Counted from the first letter of the whole stretch, positions 51,501 to 63,754 are shown. The stretch: DNA of 63,908 nucleotides, filler included, from Nemertoderma westbladi (GCA_032718475.1; 3 parts of 3 records of this genome joined end to end with filler, not necessarily neighbours in it), one strand, 5' to 3'. Notes: generated by a model from the letters alone, not told the origin. Program-made: numbers and translations.

Positions 51501-52217
51501 CTGTAACAGAATAATCAGCTGTATTTTTAATACTTAGGCAATCAACTGACCCCAACTTGGTATGTTTATTAATCCTTATAGGAAATTCATTCAGATTCAT
51601 TACCTGTACGGGAATACGCTGCAGATCATCTGGATATGAAATTGCAGTTGCAGCACAAACTCCATGTCGTTTATTTACATTCACACCTTGAGTAAATAAT
51701 AATGGTTGTTTATTCGAGATAGGCAATGGTGAACTGAGCTCCCCTGATATCATCAAACGATTTCGTGGTGGTATAGTTACTATCTCGTTACACCATACAG
51801 CAGACACTGATCCATCGCCCATTGGTCTCGATATTGTCTCTGTGCAACATCTTGCCCATTAATTATTAATACCATTTCTCCACAAAAATTCCATTTCAAT
51901 CCGCACTCAAATGCTCCTAATATATCCAGACCAATTAGAAATTCATGACTCGGCTTCCTATTAACTTGTAATTCTACCAAATGTTCTACTCCACCCAAAC
52001 ATATTTTTATTTTTACACAACCCACAATATCTAGTGGATGCGCCGAAGCTGACTTTGTTTCAAAATATGGTTTCCTCAACTCAAACTTCATTGAACTGCA
52101 TGATTGTATTTCTTCCAATACATCACTAGAAATTATAGATATTTCGCTCCCAGTATCAACAACAGCCCTCCAACAATACCCTCCAAACTCGAAAAAACAA
52201 AGCAACGTCTTAAGCAT
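48504..52217 (-). pseudogene. Gypsy pol (protease, RT, RNase H, integrase), frameshifted
   Basis: [72 protein letters not shown] and KFVGPF. Confidence 0.93.
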
Positions 52218-53621
52218 TGACCCTTCAATTGTAAATTAAATGATTTCTTCTGCTCAATTGTAACTGCAGATGAAGTAATAGGCTCTAGTTTGGATTTAAC
52301 ATCTACCATTTCATCATCCCTATAATCATCTTGGGTAAGATTAAATTTATCGAAGCCAACTTGAAGCAAACTACAACCAGTTTCTGTGGAGGTAGATTCA
52401 TGACAATTATCATTATATTTGCTACTATGCTTCAATTTTTCCTCAAAACAGTCCATCTTTCGGTGCCCCAATTTTCCACAACCATAACACTTCACTGGGT
52501 TTCTACAATCTTTGGCCATATGCCCAATTCTACTACAATTAAAACAAGTAATCTTCGGTTTAGTAGAACTCGAGTCAGAATAATTACTTGAGATTGGTTT
52601 AGAATTGCCCCTAATTGCATTTGTCTCCACTTAATTTGTGTTAACAATTGATTTGACAACTGTATTTGAAAGCTCCATATCTAAAGCATAAGCTTTTCGA
52701 AATAACTCTTTCCAGGTTGATTGCACATTCAATCGTCGCCATCCTCGAAGTCTTCCACTCAACTCACAGCGAACATTAGATGCAAAGAAATCCTGTAGTA
52801 TAGACTCTTCTCCATTCCCATCAGGCTGTTCCCTACGACGGTGAACAGCCATCATGAATCGCTCTACAAATTCCGGCAAAGACTCATTGATCCCTTGTTT
52901 ACGTTGCTATATTAGAAGCTGGATTCTCCTTATGATCTGATAATAAATCAATAACAGCTTTCTTCAATGACAGATAATCACTTCTGTCATCCTCTTCTAA
53001 TGTTTCCTCCAACATCGTGTGTAAACGACCAACTTTAGCCAGTAAACGATCCCTACGTTCATCCTGTGGAACCCTAGAGTCATCCATAATTCGATCGTAA
53101 TAATCATCAAACCATGTTTGTATAGACATCTTCTTTGGGTCGAAAGGTGGTATGGTCTCTGATAACTTCGTGCAGCGATGTATCTGGTGAGCACCTGTTC
53201 CTCTACTACCCCAGCCACTATCATCACCATGGTCACGGCGACCACTATTTGGTTCATTTGCAGTGTCTCTTTCATTCGATAGCATATCATGAAGTTCTCT
53301 AAAACGACTATCTTCAGTCACCTTATGACTCTCCATTAAATTGGAAAAGAACTCATTTTGTTGCGTAGCCATCGCTCTAGAATGTTCCTGCATAAATAGG
53401 TATTGTCTATCCATCATTGCTGCCGTCTGTTGTTGCATCAACTCGGCTTGATTCAACATCATTTGTTTAAACATCTCCATCATTCCCCATGTTGATTCAC
53501 CCTTACCAGAAGCGACACTACCGTCATCTTCTTTGTTAAGTTGCTGACCATGACCTTGACTTTGACCCTGGTCCTTCTTGGTCGGGTCATCCTTCTTCGA
53601 CATTTTGTTTGGCAGCTTCAA
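52133..53621 (-). pseudogene. Gypsy gag with two CCHC zinc knuckles
   Basis: ORFs 52899-53621, 52631-52879 and 52133-52630. Knuckles [14 protein letters not shown] and [14 protein letters not shown]. Confidence 0.85.
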
Positions 53622-53777
53622 TATCCTTGTGATATTGACGACGTACGTCCAGTGGGTTTTGACGAGTTATCCTCTTCTCCAGTTTAAACAAAAAAACAAC
53701 AACAACTGAAATGGCTGGCGATCATAAGCCTGTGAAACTCCAATCCATTAAATTAAACGCTGTTCTCCAGTGGATGC

Positions 53778-53794
53778 AGTTGGTGGGACCTCCA
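53778..53794 (-). promoter_or_regulatory. primer-binding site, tRNA-Gln type
   Basis: Minus strand TGGAGGTCCCACC immediately after the LTR CA, complementary to the tRNA-Gln 3' end (GGTGGGACCTCCA). Confidence 0.75.
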
Positions 53795-54079
53795 TGTGAT
53801 AAGTTCTTCTTGCCCTCTCCCGCGTTATATCTGCACCGACCACAATTGATGCTAAACTCCAATACGATATGATATGAATAACAAACATACATACTGTATA
53901 TATTTAATCAAGAAACAATAATTTCATATTAATCACAGACTTATGTCACCATTGTAAATACCGATAGGCTACCAACAAATTAGCATTAGGCCTACATAAA
54001 TAATTATTGCAGTAATCGGCCCGATTATCGGTCCGCATATCGGTAATCGCGTATACACTCGTATACCTCGATACGAATC

Positions 54080-55589
54080 GAGGTCTTTAAAATACCTGAG
54101 TGTTTAAAGCTCATCTATCCCATCATAGTAGACATGTACCGAACAACAAGAGTCCCACAAGAAATGAAAACAAATAAGTTGGTGCCAGTTCCCAAGAAGG
54201 GCAACCTAACACTCTATGGTTCTTTTCGGGGAATCTCCTTGATCTCGATTGCTGCAAAGCTATACAATAGGATTCTATTAAATCGCATCAGGGATCCCAT
54301 TGAGAGACTGCTCCGTGGAAATCAGAATGGGTTCCGTAAAGGTCGTGGGACCATGGAGCCCATTTTGGCACTTAGAAGGATAATTGAAGAATTATCAAAA
54401 AAGAAAGACAGGCATCTGGCTGTTATCTTTGTTGACTTCTTCAAGGCCTTTGATTCAGTCTCTCGCTCACGTATGTTCAGCATACTTTCATTATATGGGA
54501 TTCCTGATGAAATTATTGCAGCAATCAGATCAGTATACGATGGTTCGACAACATTTGTGTCTACTGTTGACGGTGAAACAGAACCATTTGAAGTGTTATG
54601 GGGCGTCCTCCAAGGAGACACACTTGCACCATTCTTGTTCATTATTGTGGTTGACTATGTTCTACGCATGTCCTTAGATCATCATAATGATGATGGGGTG
54701 ATGATAACTCCACCTACTGGCTCCAGAAGTCGAGGAAATCCTGCCAAGTACCTAACTGATCTAGACTTTGCTGATGACTTAGGAGTACTCTCAGAATCAT
54801 TAGAGGGAGCCCAACGGCTCCTCAGCTCATTAGAATATGCTGCTTCTAGTGTTGGTCTTTTTATTAACTCCAGAAAGACCAAAATTCTGACCGTTAACTT
54901 TGAAAGTCCTCAGCAAGTCTCTGATCGGATGAGCATAAGCTCAAAGGATGGTATGCTTGAGCATGTGGACGACTTCTGTTACCTGGGATCATGGATCCGG
55001 AAGTCAGGTGAGGACCTTCGAATACGTAAGGGAAAGGCATGGGCAGCCTTGAATAGGCTTTCCAGGATTTGGAAGTCACCGAGAATTAATCGGAAACTTA
55101 AGGTCCGATTATTTAGAGCAGCAGTAGTTCCAGTACTCCTCTACGGGAGTCCATGCTGGGCTCTAACTGCTGAGGACACCAAATCTCTGGATGGCACATT
55201 CACAAGAATGCTACGCCGGGTTCATTGTGTCAAGTACAATGCACACATCTCCAACCAGACACTATATAACATTGGAGGTGTCTCATTGGTTCCCCCAAGC
55301 TTGACACTAGAACAAAATCGCCTCCGCTTTGCAGGACATTGCTTTCGCCGTGAGGACCAGCCAGTGCATAATCTTGTACTTTGGCAGCCTCATGGAGTGA
55401 ATAAGCATGGTGGACAGCCCATGACTTTCTTGAGACGCATCTTAAAGGACACTGGCCTTAAAGATGCGGATGATCTAGCAAATGTCATGGGTGATAGGGA
55501 GTTTTGGCGGTGCAATTTTTGTTGACAAGCCGGCACAGCATTCTTAAAAATGCAACTGCAATGCAGCATGCCGATCCTAGTAGTAGTAG
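54080..55589 (+). mobile_element. 5'-truncated RTE LINE inserted in the Gypsy 5' LTR
   Basis: Open RT frame, short 3' UTR and (TAG)n tail at 55578-55589. Target sequence GTATACACT at 54051-54059 and 55591-55599. Confidence 0.9.
54134..55525 (+). CDS. RTE-clade reverse transcriptase (partial, uninterrupted)
   Basis: RGISLISIAAKLYN, QNGFRKGR, FVDFFKAFDS, GVLQGDTLAPFLF, LDFADD, FCYLGS and RLRFAGH. Confidence 0.92.
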   Translation: MYRTTRVPQEMKTNKLVPVPKKGNLTLYGSFRGISLISIAAKLYNRILLNRIRDPIERLLRGNQNGFRKGRGTMEPILALRRIIEELSKKKDRHLAVIFVDFFKAFDSVSRSRMFSILSLYGIPDEIIAAIRSVYDGSTTFVSTVDGETEPFEVLWGVLQGDTLAPFLFIIVVDYVLRMSLDHHNDDGVMITPPTGSRSRGNPAKYLTDLDFADDLGVLSESLEGAQRLLSSLEYAASSVGLFINSRKTKILTVNFESPQQVSDRMSISSKDGMLEHVDDFCYLGSWIRKSGEDLRIRKGKAWAALNRLSRIWKSPRINRKLKVRLFRAAVVPVLLYGSPCWALTAEDTKSLDGTFTRMLRRVHCVKYNAHISNQTLYNIGGVSLVPPSLTLEQNRLRFAGHCFRREDQPVHNLVLWQPHGVNKHGGQPMTFLRRILKDTGLKDADDLANVMGDREFWRCNFC

Positions 55590-56262
55590 GGTATACACTA
55601 TTCCCTTACATTAGTGCAGTAGAGCCATATACTCTAGCAACCAGAACCAACAGAACATAACACAACACAATCCTGGCAGCCGCCTAGGATTCTATAACCA
55701 GGTTGGTGGAAATACAGTTCAAAAATAAATCACGGTTGGTTAGTTTTCCAAGTGGTGTCAAGAAGAGTTATCTGGTTAATAGGTACTGCACTGCCGGCGC
55801 ATCCTGGGGCTGGCGGATACCAGCTGTCACTCATCCTGGTCCTGGACCTCTCCTGCATTGTTTATTTGACAAAAGGTAGCGGCAGCCACACTCTTTAAAT
55901 CACTTAACTTTAAGCTGTTAAGTAGGCATACCTGTCTGAGGTCTGCATGTGTGCAGTGCACTTCTTACTGGTCCGCAATGCCTAATCTCTAAAATCACAT
56001 ACGGATTATATTATTATCCATACTGCCATAGGTATCCATTACATACGCACATACTGACATACGCGTATGTCTGTATGTACAGTACATACGGATACGGCAA
56101 ATGAATACGGATAGGCCTACGGCGAAAAGTTATACCCAGACTTTCTAGGCAATCAGAATCCATACCTCTCCAGGGGAAATTCCTCACAAATAAACAGTTG
56201 ATTACTCTTAAAAATGAAACTGTACACTATGCTATTGAGTTGAGTTGTGTTTACCTGTTTTG

Positions 56263-56362
56263 NNNNNNNNNNNNNNNNNNNNNNNNNNNNNNNNNNNNNN
56301 NNNNNNTTAATTAATTAANNNNNNNNNNNNNNNNNNNNNNNNNNNNNNNNNNNNNNNNNNNN
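56263..56362. other. artificial contig linker
   Basis: N44-TTAATTAATTAA-N44. Confidence 0.97.
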
Positions 56363-57103
56363 TGAAAATCCATAGCAGATACAAAGTGGCCATCCTTCGA
56401 GGAGCCATTTTTCCCTACATGAGTGTCAGAAGTGCCTTTGTAAATAGTTAAAATATCCAGCGGTTACACTGTCCAGGGAATCTTAATAGTTGTTTCCGCA
56501 GGGTGATGCTAGTTTTCACCTCTCGGTCTTATTATAGGGTGTGTTGCTATTGCTATACCACTGCACTGGTATAACTTGCACCACGGATGTGGTGTCAGCT
56601 GGGTCCCACAAGAAGAGCGTCTATACAATACAATAGGATAAACTTTACCTACAGTGTCAATAAGAACTGGTTCTGTTGAGGGATACCGGTATCCTGTTTA
56701 GTGCTTTACATTATCTTCTCACCATCCGATACTTAAATGACTTTAGCATACAGATCAGGACTAGGCAAAGTCATCTGCGTACTGTATTGTTATATACAGT
56801 ATTACCATCGAACCATTACATTTCAGAATATTTCCTGGTTTGCCGTGCGTCCAACTTTACTGTTGTAAATTTTGACATTGCGCTGTTTTACGATTAACCC
56901 TACTCTGAAATCGGTTCCCATAATAATAAAGTCAAGATTTGGAGAATAAAATTGTATTGACATTTAGATGTTTCTCAACTCAATAAATATCTAAAGATAT
57001 CTTAACTAGAGACTTGCGATCAACCCACGAACGTATTTTTGTTTGGTTTGTAAAGTATTGATATGAGCGTGGATGAAATGGTACGAATTATATATATATA
57101 TAC

Positions 57104-57291
57104 CTGTACGCTAATCCCTTGACTAGAAAGTTTGGTAACATCTTGTGTCTCGGCCGTGAATCTTTGCACCGCTTTTGCTCCAAAGGATATATCAACAGCG
57201 AAGTGCGTTCCAAATTCCTCAATCATTGCATAGAATTTTGTTAAATTACCCGCGTTGTAATACGGGTCGCATTGGTCGGTTACTGGGAGTT
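57104..57291 (-). CDS. MACPF-domain protein, exon D
   Basis: AG/GT bounded, phase 1 to 0. LPVTDQCDPYYNAGNLTKFYAMIEEFGTHFAVDISFGAKAVQRF carries the MACPF signature. Confidence 0.85.
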
Positions 57292-57669
57292 CTAGAAAAT
57301 ATACGTGAATTAAATGATAATTATCATAAGTATTATTTGGATACCGGTAACGATTATACCATAATTATATTGTACTATACACAATGACCCATGATATTGT
57401 GACATTATGATTTTCATCAGCTATATTTTTCTACAAATCTTTTTCAGATTGCTTGAAATTTTTACATGTAGTTAATTAGAATGCTTGCGTTGCATTGATT
57501 CCAAATAGATATCAAAGTGTGAATTTCGTTGAAAAAATATGAGATTTAGGCATTGGAAGATTGCAAAAATTATCATCCACTGGAGGCTATTTTATAAAAT
57601 TTAACCAATTCTAGGCCGTGTTATAAACAAACATTGATTCATATTATCCAAGAGTCACGATTTCTAATA

Positions 57670-58508
57670 CACCTTAATACAACAACCATTTTTAGGGGGT
57701 CGGAGCCCCCCCCCCCCCCCCCCCCCTAATTTTTTTCAAATTTCAATAAAATGCTACAAAATTCGGTATGATGATAGATCGACACCTTTTCTTACTGGTG
57801 GCCTGGCCCGATTTTTTAATTTATGAGCTATTTCGATACAACAAGCCGTTAAAAATCGTCTATTTCGCAATATTTAGCCACCTCCGTCAGCTTTATTTTC
57901 GTCTTTGGAATTAAATCTACATATCATTAGAACCGCCTTCGTCTGCAGATTCTGAGTTTGAAATCCGTTGTAAATTTCACCAAGAACTTCGGAAGATATT
58001 ATCAAAATACTAAGGTGTAAATTTTTGTGACGTAAATCGCTATAATTCTAATAATTTTTTTACTCAATTCTAGAATATTAATTATGGGGAATGAAAAAAC
58101 AAGATGGAGAGTTTTAAACACTCAGCTAAATAATAATTAATATTCTAGAATAAAGACAACAAAACATCAGAATTATAGCGATTTACGTCTCTGAATTTAC
58201 CATTTTTTGGTTAAATTTAAAACGGTTTTCAGATTCGGAATCTACAGTCGAAGGCGCTTCGAATGATATCAAGATTACATTTCAAAGACGTAAAATAAAG
58301 TCTACGGTTGTGGTTAAACATTGCTAAATATACATTTTTTAAGGGATTGTTGTATGGAAATAACTGAGAAATTGAAAAATCCGGCCAGGCCACCAGTAAG
58401 AAAAGGTGTCGATCTATTATCATACCGAATTTCGTACCATTTTATTGAAATTTGAAAAAATTAGGGGGGGCGGCTCCGACCCCCTAAAAATTGTTGTTGT
58501 ATTAAGTG
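57670..58508. mobile_element. TA-flanked, nearly fully palindromic MITE in a MACPF intron
   Basis: TA-CACCTTAATACAACAAC...GTTGTTGTATTAAGTG-TA, with inverted arms of several hundred bp. Confidence 0.85.
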
Positions 58509-58703
58509 TATATAAATGTGTAAAATAGCTACGATACAAAAAGTGTATATCACACAACACTATTTGTAAAAACGCTTAAATTTCAAGCAATATGATATAG
58601 ATTTGTTGACAAATATGTAGGGGTCCGTGTCATCAGAAAAATTATCCTGGTTATGGTCTATCTGTATAAGTTTGATCAGTAAGGTACTCTTGTCACACCC
58701 AAC

Positions 58704-58896
58704 CTTTCACTGCGCCGTGGAATGCGGGTGTAACCTTAGAGTTCCTAAGGTCCAATCTTCCTCTGTAGACATGCGCCTTGCCCACCATATCCACGTTCAT
58801 TTTATACCCGGTGGATATTGTCTGCTGGGTAGATTTATAAGACGTAGACGCGCTGAATGAACCACCAACAACCAAAAATTCCTTTTTGGCACTGAT
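58704..58896 (-). CDS. MACPF-domain protein, exon C
   Basis: TTGCAG|ATC...AAAG|GTTGG, phase 0 to 1. ISAKKEFLVVGGSFSASTSYKS...VTPAFHGAVK. Confidence 0.8.
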
Positions 58897-59527
58897 CTGC
58901 AATATAAATAACATCAGCATAAATGAAACAAATGAATAAAGCATTAACATTCACCCCTTTAACATATTTCCTTACTCAATAATGCATTTTATTCCTAAAA
59001 ATTGAGTTTTATTACCGCATAGTGACACATGATGCAAGGCTTATTTAACAAATAAGGCGTCTACTTCGTATAAATTTTCGAATTAACAGAAAAATTATAA
59101 TTTCGTATTTTGAAAATAATTTTGTAATTTAGCTCAGGGCCTTTTGCAGAGGATCTATTCATCAGTTATGCTGTGGTAGAATTTGGAAGAAAAGAGTTTA
59201 AAATTATTCAACATTATTTGAGTATTACTAATAATAACTCTCTTGTATTGTGACTGATCCTGGTTCAGTTAGGTGTGCGGGAAGTTGAAACGGGGAAAGA
59301 AATAGGTCAAATGGGTCACCCAACGCATAAGCCGATAGTCCGCAAGATAGTCCGTAAGAGATAGTCCGCCCGAGCCTGACGTATAGAACAGCGATAGGCC
59401 TACCCGCTAGCTAAGCGTGCTTACTTTGTCGCTCGCCCACAGACAATTGCCAATAATCTAATCAACATTATATGTAATTATCAAAGTAGATGAATTTCAT
59501 TAGCATGCAGTTAGTTACTCAACCGAC

Positions 59528-59706
59528 CTTTGCGTCTATCGCGAGGGAGCGTTTGTAGTCAGACTCTGTACGTATCTCCTGTACCGAACTAGTAAAGCTA
59601 GTGGATGGCTCATTAATGGCATCTACGTTATCTGGTTGCAAATACATACCATCGCTAGTGAAGAAACCACCCTCGTAGGACAAACGTATCACTTCGTAAC
59701 GAAAAC
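59528..59706 (-). CDS. MACPF-domain protein, exon B
   Basis: CTTACAG|GT...AAAG|GTCGG, phase 1 to 0. GFRYEVIRLSY..TSDGMYLQPD..ESDYKRSL completes the DPGFR motif with exon A. Confidence 0.8.
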
Positions 59707-60161
59707 CTGTAAGAATTATTACCCAATAATGAATAATTATATATAATCGATGCCACATATACTGGAGCACTGACGGATGTCTCTCCATGGACGTGTTCAT
59801 ATGTCGGCCACTGGCTATTGGGTGCCCAGTATATCAGATCAACTTGTATGCTATTGGTTATATAATTTTGGAGTGGATTGATTCAATTATTGAATCAATT
59901 AAGTCAATTACTATATAACGTCCAACCACGATTGTGTATTAAGTGGGAGAGGTGATTCTTATTTATTTATCACAGTTTAAACCAAATTAAGAAAATGTAA
60001 TGATTGATATTTGTGTGTAATAGCAACGTGACCCTTGTTTTCTGCTGTGGAAGCTGGCGAGACAAATTATTAGAGGGGCGTTTAATAATAAGAGCAGATT
60101 AATTTGAAATTTCAACGACTGATGTGGTAATATCTTCTGTGAAGGTATTTGTTACCGACCT

Positions 60162-60462
60162 TACACTATATAACATTGAGGTGTCTCATTGGTTCCCCCA
60201 AGCTTGACACTTGAACAAAGCCGCCGCCGCTTTGCAGGAGATTGTTTTCGCAGTGAGGACCAGCCCGTGCCGTGCACAATCTTGTGTTTTGGCAGCCCCA
60301 TGGGGAAAAAATAGCATGGTGGACAGCCCATGACATTTGTGAGACGCCTCTTAAAGGACACTGGTTTTGTAGATGCGAATAGTCTCGCGAAAGTTATGGG
60401 GGATAGGGAGTTGTGGCTGTGAATATTTGTTGATAAGCCGGCATAGCATTCTTAATGCACCC
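60162..60462 (+). mobile_element. RTE LINE 3' fragment, diverged relative of 55258-55555
   Basis: Direct similarity (ACACTATATAACATT..GGTGTCTCATTGGTTCCCCCAAGCTTGACAC...AAGCCGGCA.AGCATTCTTAA). Confidence 0.85.
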
Positions 60463-61495
60463 TCATTGGGCTTGTCAATTGTGGATTGCATGGTGGTAGC
60501 AAAATATTTTTATTAAGCCAGCATCTCAATGACCAGTTTCAAAGCAGCAGGCCGATTATAGAGTTTAGCTGGAGATATTCAATCAGTAGTGAGTGTAGCT
60601 GAAGATGTTCATGGTGAAGCAATGACAAATCGAGATTTATCTAAAATCTAAATTTTATATATATATAAATCTAAAATTAGTAGGCATCAATAAGACCGTA
60701 AGTTTTGTTTTTTAGGGACTTCCAGACACCATCAAATCCTCAGTCTCTCGCTAGAGGGCTACATGTCTAGATATTATTTATCCTCACACTTTCTTTGCTT
60801 TAAACCCGTTCTAGCTGAAACTTGGCATATTTGTATTAGACCATTAACTGTGTCATTCAAAGGAGGCTCACCTGTCTGCAGTTCTCTAGTCTGCCGCTAG
60901 AGGGCAAAATGTCTCAAAGTGCAATCACTGATTTAGCTGAAACATCAGATATGTGCTAGAACACGTCCGGTGTGTTTGCCGGGCTAGGAATCAGTCCGAC
61001 CAGTTCCACCTCACCACTATTCCAGCTAGGTGTAATTACAGTATATAGGACATGCAATGGTGTTAGGCCATAGAGTAATAAGACAGCTTGCTTATGGTTT
61101 ATCTTGCAAAATGATTGGCTGAGTATTTAATGGAGATTCTTTAGAATAAATATAGCTAAATAATTTTGTTGTGACATCAACATGGTAAATTAATATTTCA
61201 GTATCAATACTAAAACGTCATAAGGTAAGTTATAATATTTCTTATAAATTGGGTCGCCTCCACCCCTAAAATATATTACTTTTAAAACACAAATTTTCTG
61301 TTAATACCTGCCTGTGAACAATCTTCTGTGTGGGGCGAGGCACGTAGTCGGCGAGCCTTGGCATATGGTTCATATAGGGCAAATGGGGCATGTCCGTCTG
61401 TCTGTCCGTCTGTCTGTCCGTCTGTCTGGTAAATCTTTAAACGCGAATTTCTCGACATCGCTGATTTGAAATTGAACCAAACTTATTAGGTAAGT

Positions 61496-62986
61496 TACGG
61501 AGCCCCTAAGGGGACATTAAAAATAAAAAAAATTCTAACACGAACTTCGTCTTACTAACACGAAGTTCGTGTTACTAACACGAACTTCGTCTTACTAACA
61601 CAAAGTTCGTGTTACTAAGACGAACTTCGTCTTACTAACACGAACTTCGACTTACTAACACGAAGTTCGTGTTACTAACACGAAGTTCGTGTTAGGGAGG
61701 AGGGAAATTCAAATTACAAGGGTGGTATATTGCAATCCAATCATGTAGGTAGTGGTAGTACTGTACTGTATAAGGACTGTCTTATAGTTCATTATCTTAC
61801 AATACTGATAGTATTGGTAATTGTGGTACCGGTTTCCTTCTCAGTTTCTTTATTAATTTTATTAGGTTCCAATAGGTCGTAGGTCATTATTTTGTCGCAA
61901 ATAATGGAACGCAACGAAGTCATCAAAACGTGTACAATTTTGTTTTACTGCCATTATTCAGGACGAATTGGACTCTGTACAAGAAATTTGGAACGCACAT
62001 AGTATTCGTCCAAGTCGCAACCTCAACGTACCACACGGCCGCCCAAATGTTATGTACCATAGCCCATGTCTCTGGGGAACAACTGACCAACTTTTTGCCG
62101 TAAATAACTCTGATCTAGACACTTGCATCGAAGAAGCAACTTATCGCGAAACTGTGCCCTGTGATATTGATGATAATCCCTGTGATAATCTATGTCTTTT
62201 ATTAATGTCGGAAAACGGTTTAACTGTGCCAAAAAATGCTTCTGAGGCAATTGCTCTGTACTTGAACTTAATTAAAGAGATAAACGAAATTATATAAGTT
62301 AAAGTAGATAATTATAATTATTAATTAATTCTTATTATATTAATTATAATATAATAATTAATTATTAATTATAATTAAGTTAATGATTATAAAGTATTTA
62401 ATAAGTATAATTTTGCAGTAATATTGCAAGTAAATATTCAGACATGTATATTCAGTAAGTATTCAAACATGGTAGGAATTTTCGTCGGAATTTTCGGTCG
62501 TGTTAGTAATGCGAAGTTCGTGTTAGTAAGACGAAGTTCGTGTTAGTAAGACGAAGTTCGTGTTAGTAAGGCGAAGTTCGTGTTAGTAAGACAAAGTTCC
62601 TGTTAGTAACACGAAGTTCGTGTTAGTAAGACGAAGTTCGTGTTAGTAAGACGAAGTTCGTGTTAGTAAGGCGAAGTTCGTGTTAGTAAGACGAAGTTCG
62701 TGTTAGTAAGACAAAGTTCCTGTTAGTAACACGAAGTTCGTGTTAGTAAGACGAAGTTCGTGTTAGTAAGGCGAAGTTCGTGTTAGTAAGACGAAGTCCG
62801 TGTTAGTAACACGAAGTTCGTGTTAGTAAGACGAAGTTCGTGTTAGTAAGACGAAGTTCGTGTTAGTAACACGAAGTTCGTGTTAGTAAGACGTACTTCG
62901 TGTTAGTAACACGAAGTTCGTGTTAGTAAGACGAAGTTCGTGTTAGAATTTTTTTTTATTATTCATGTCACCTTAGGGGCTCCGTA
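61496..62986 (+). mobile_element. IS3EU-like DNA transposon, internally deleted
   Basis: TIR TACGGAGCCCCTAAGG.GACAT. 6-bp TSD GTAAGT at 61490-61495 and 62987-62992. Subterminal 20-bp arrays at ~61536-61695 and ~62498-62947. Confidence 0.8.
61905..62297 (+). pseudogene. C-terminal fragment of an IS3EU-type DDE transposase
   Basis: QFCFTAIIQDELDSVQEIWNAHSIRPSR..GRPNVMY..A.ALYLNL. Confidence 0.7.
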
Positions 62987-63565
62987 GTAAGTAGTAGAGG
63001 GAAAGTTTAGAAAATTTGTAAAGTTTGGTGAAAAATCATGCAGTCTGACGTCAGCTACGACAGATTATGTGGTTTTTAGAAAATGTTAAATTTCTCGGGA
63101 ACGCCTCATTTTCCAGAGCTGAAATAATCATAAAGTCTATCTTTTACGAAATTGAAAAGTTAAGACATTTAATTGGGGATCGGCTAGAGACTCCGAAGTA
63201 ATGACATAGGCCTACACCTATATGACGAGAGAATCTTAAAGAACAGAAGCACTTTGAGACCCCAACAGTATATGGTCCGGGCATGTGTTGCCCAGATACG
63301 AGTTGTGCAGCACGAGTACTGTCATGTTAACCATTATTGCGCCTTGTGATATGGAAACGTCCTGCCTTGAACATCTGGTGTAGCCAGAAAATAACTTGCA
63401 TCGCCGCTGCTCAAGGTCTTCCGGGACTATTGCGATTTTTCTCTCGAAATTATTCTTAATAAAAACACGTGTAAACTATCTATCGACCCTGTGCATCTTG
63501 TTACACTTTATAAGATATTGTTAAGAGCTAAACAAAACGTAACAACAATAAATTAACAAACTTAC

Positions 63566-63712
63566 CTGGGTCAACTATTCCAAAATCGCTTTGAGGATTT
63601 CCGTATAGAATATTGTATCCCCTACCAACATAGCCAACATTGGGAGGTCCGGTGACCGCATCGAATTTACCATGCATCATAGCCTCTTCGGCTTCATCAG
63701 CAAGTTTAAGAG
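63566..63712 (-). CDS. MACPF-domain protein, exon A
   Basis: TTTTGGCAG|CT...CCAG|GTAAGT, 147 bp, phase 1 to 1. NVGYVGRGYNILYGNP..DP(G) is the N-terminal motif of invertebrate MACPF proteins. Confidence 0.82.
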
Positions 63713-63754
63713 CTGCCAAAATAGTTTAGGAATAAAGAGGTGAAAAACCAGATT

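Larger units (their letters stand above)
46889..55610 (-). mobile_element. full-length degenerate Gypsy LTR retrotransposon
   Basis: LTRs TGTGATAAG...CCTTACA at 46889-48325 and 53795-55610, each interrupted by an insertion. TSD TTAG at 46885-46888 and 55611-55614. PBS, PPT (GAGGGAGGA beside 48325) and gag-PR-RT-RH-IN order. Confidence 0.92.
46296..56137. mobile_element. MULE-like long-TIR element hosting nested retroelements
   Basis: TIR GGGTATAACTTTTCGCC, with inverted similarity over ~300 bp (46296-46600 vs 55790-56137). 9-bp TSD GGACTTTCT / AGACTTTCT (8/9). Confidence 0.8.
61329..63320 (+). mobile_element. HINE/DINE-1-like element interrupted by an IS3EU-like insertion
   Basis: TGTGGGGCGAGGCACG head, (GTCY)n microsatellite at 61392-61427 and a 3' hairpin GGGCATGTGTTGCCC near 63279. 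The right boundary is approximate. Confidence 0.55.

Noticed and set aside
56363-56910. Further MACPF exons
   Set aside because: Candidate acceptors near 56905 and 56620 lead to stops in the required phase and show no clear MACPF motifs.
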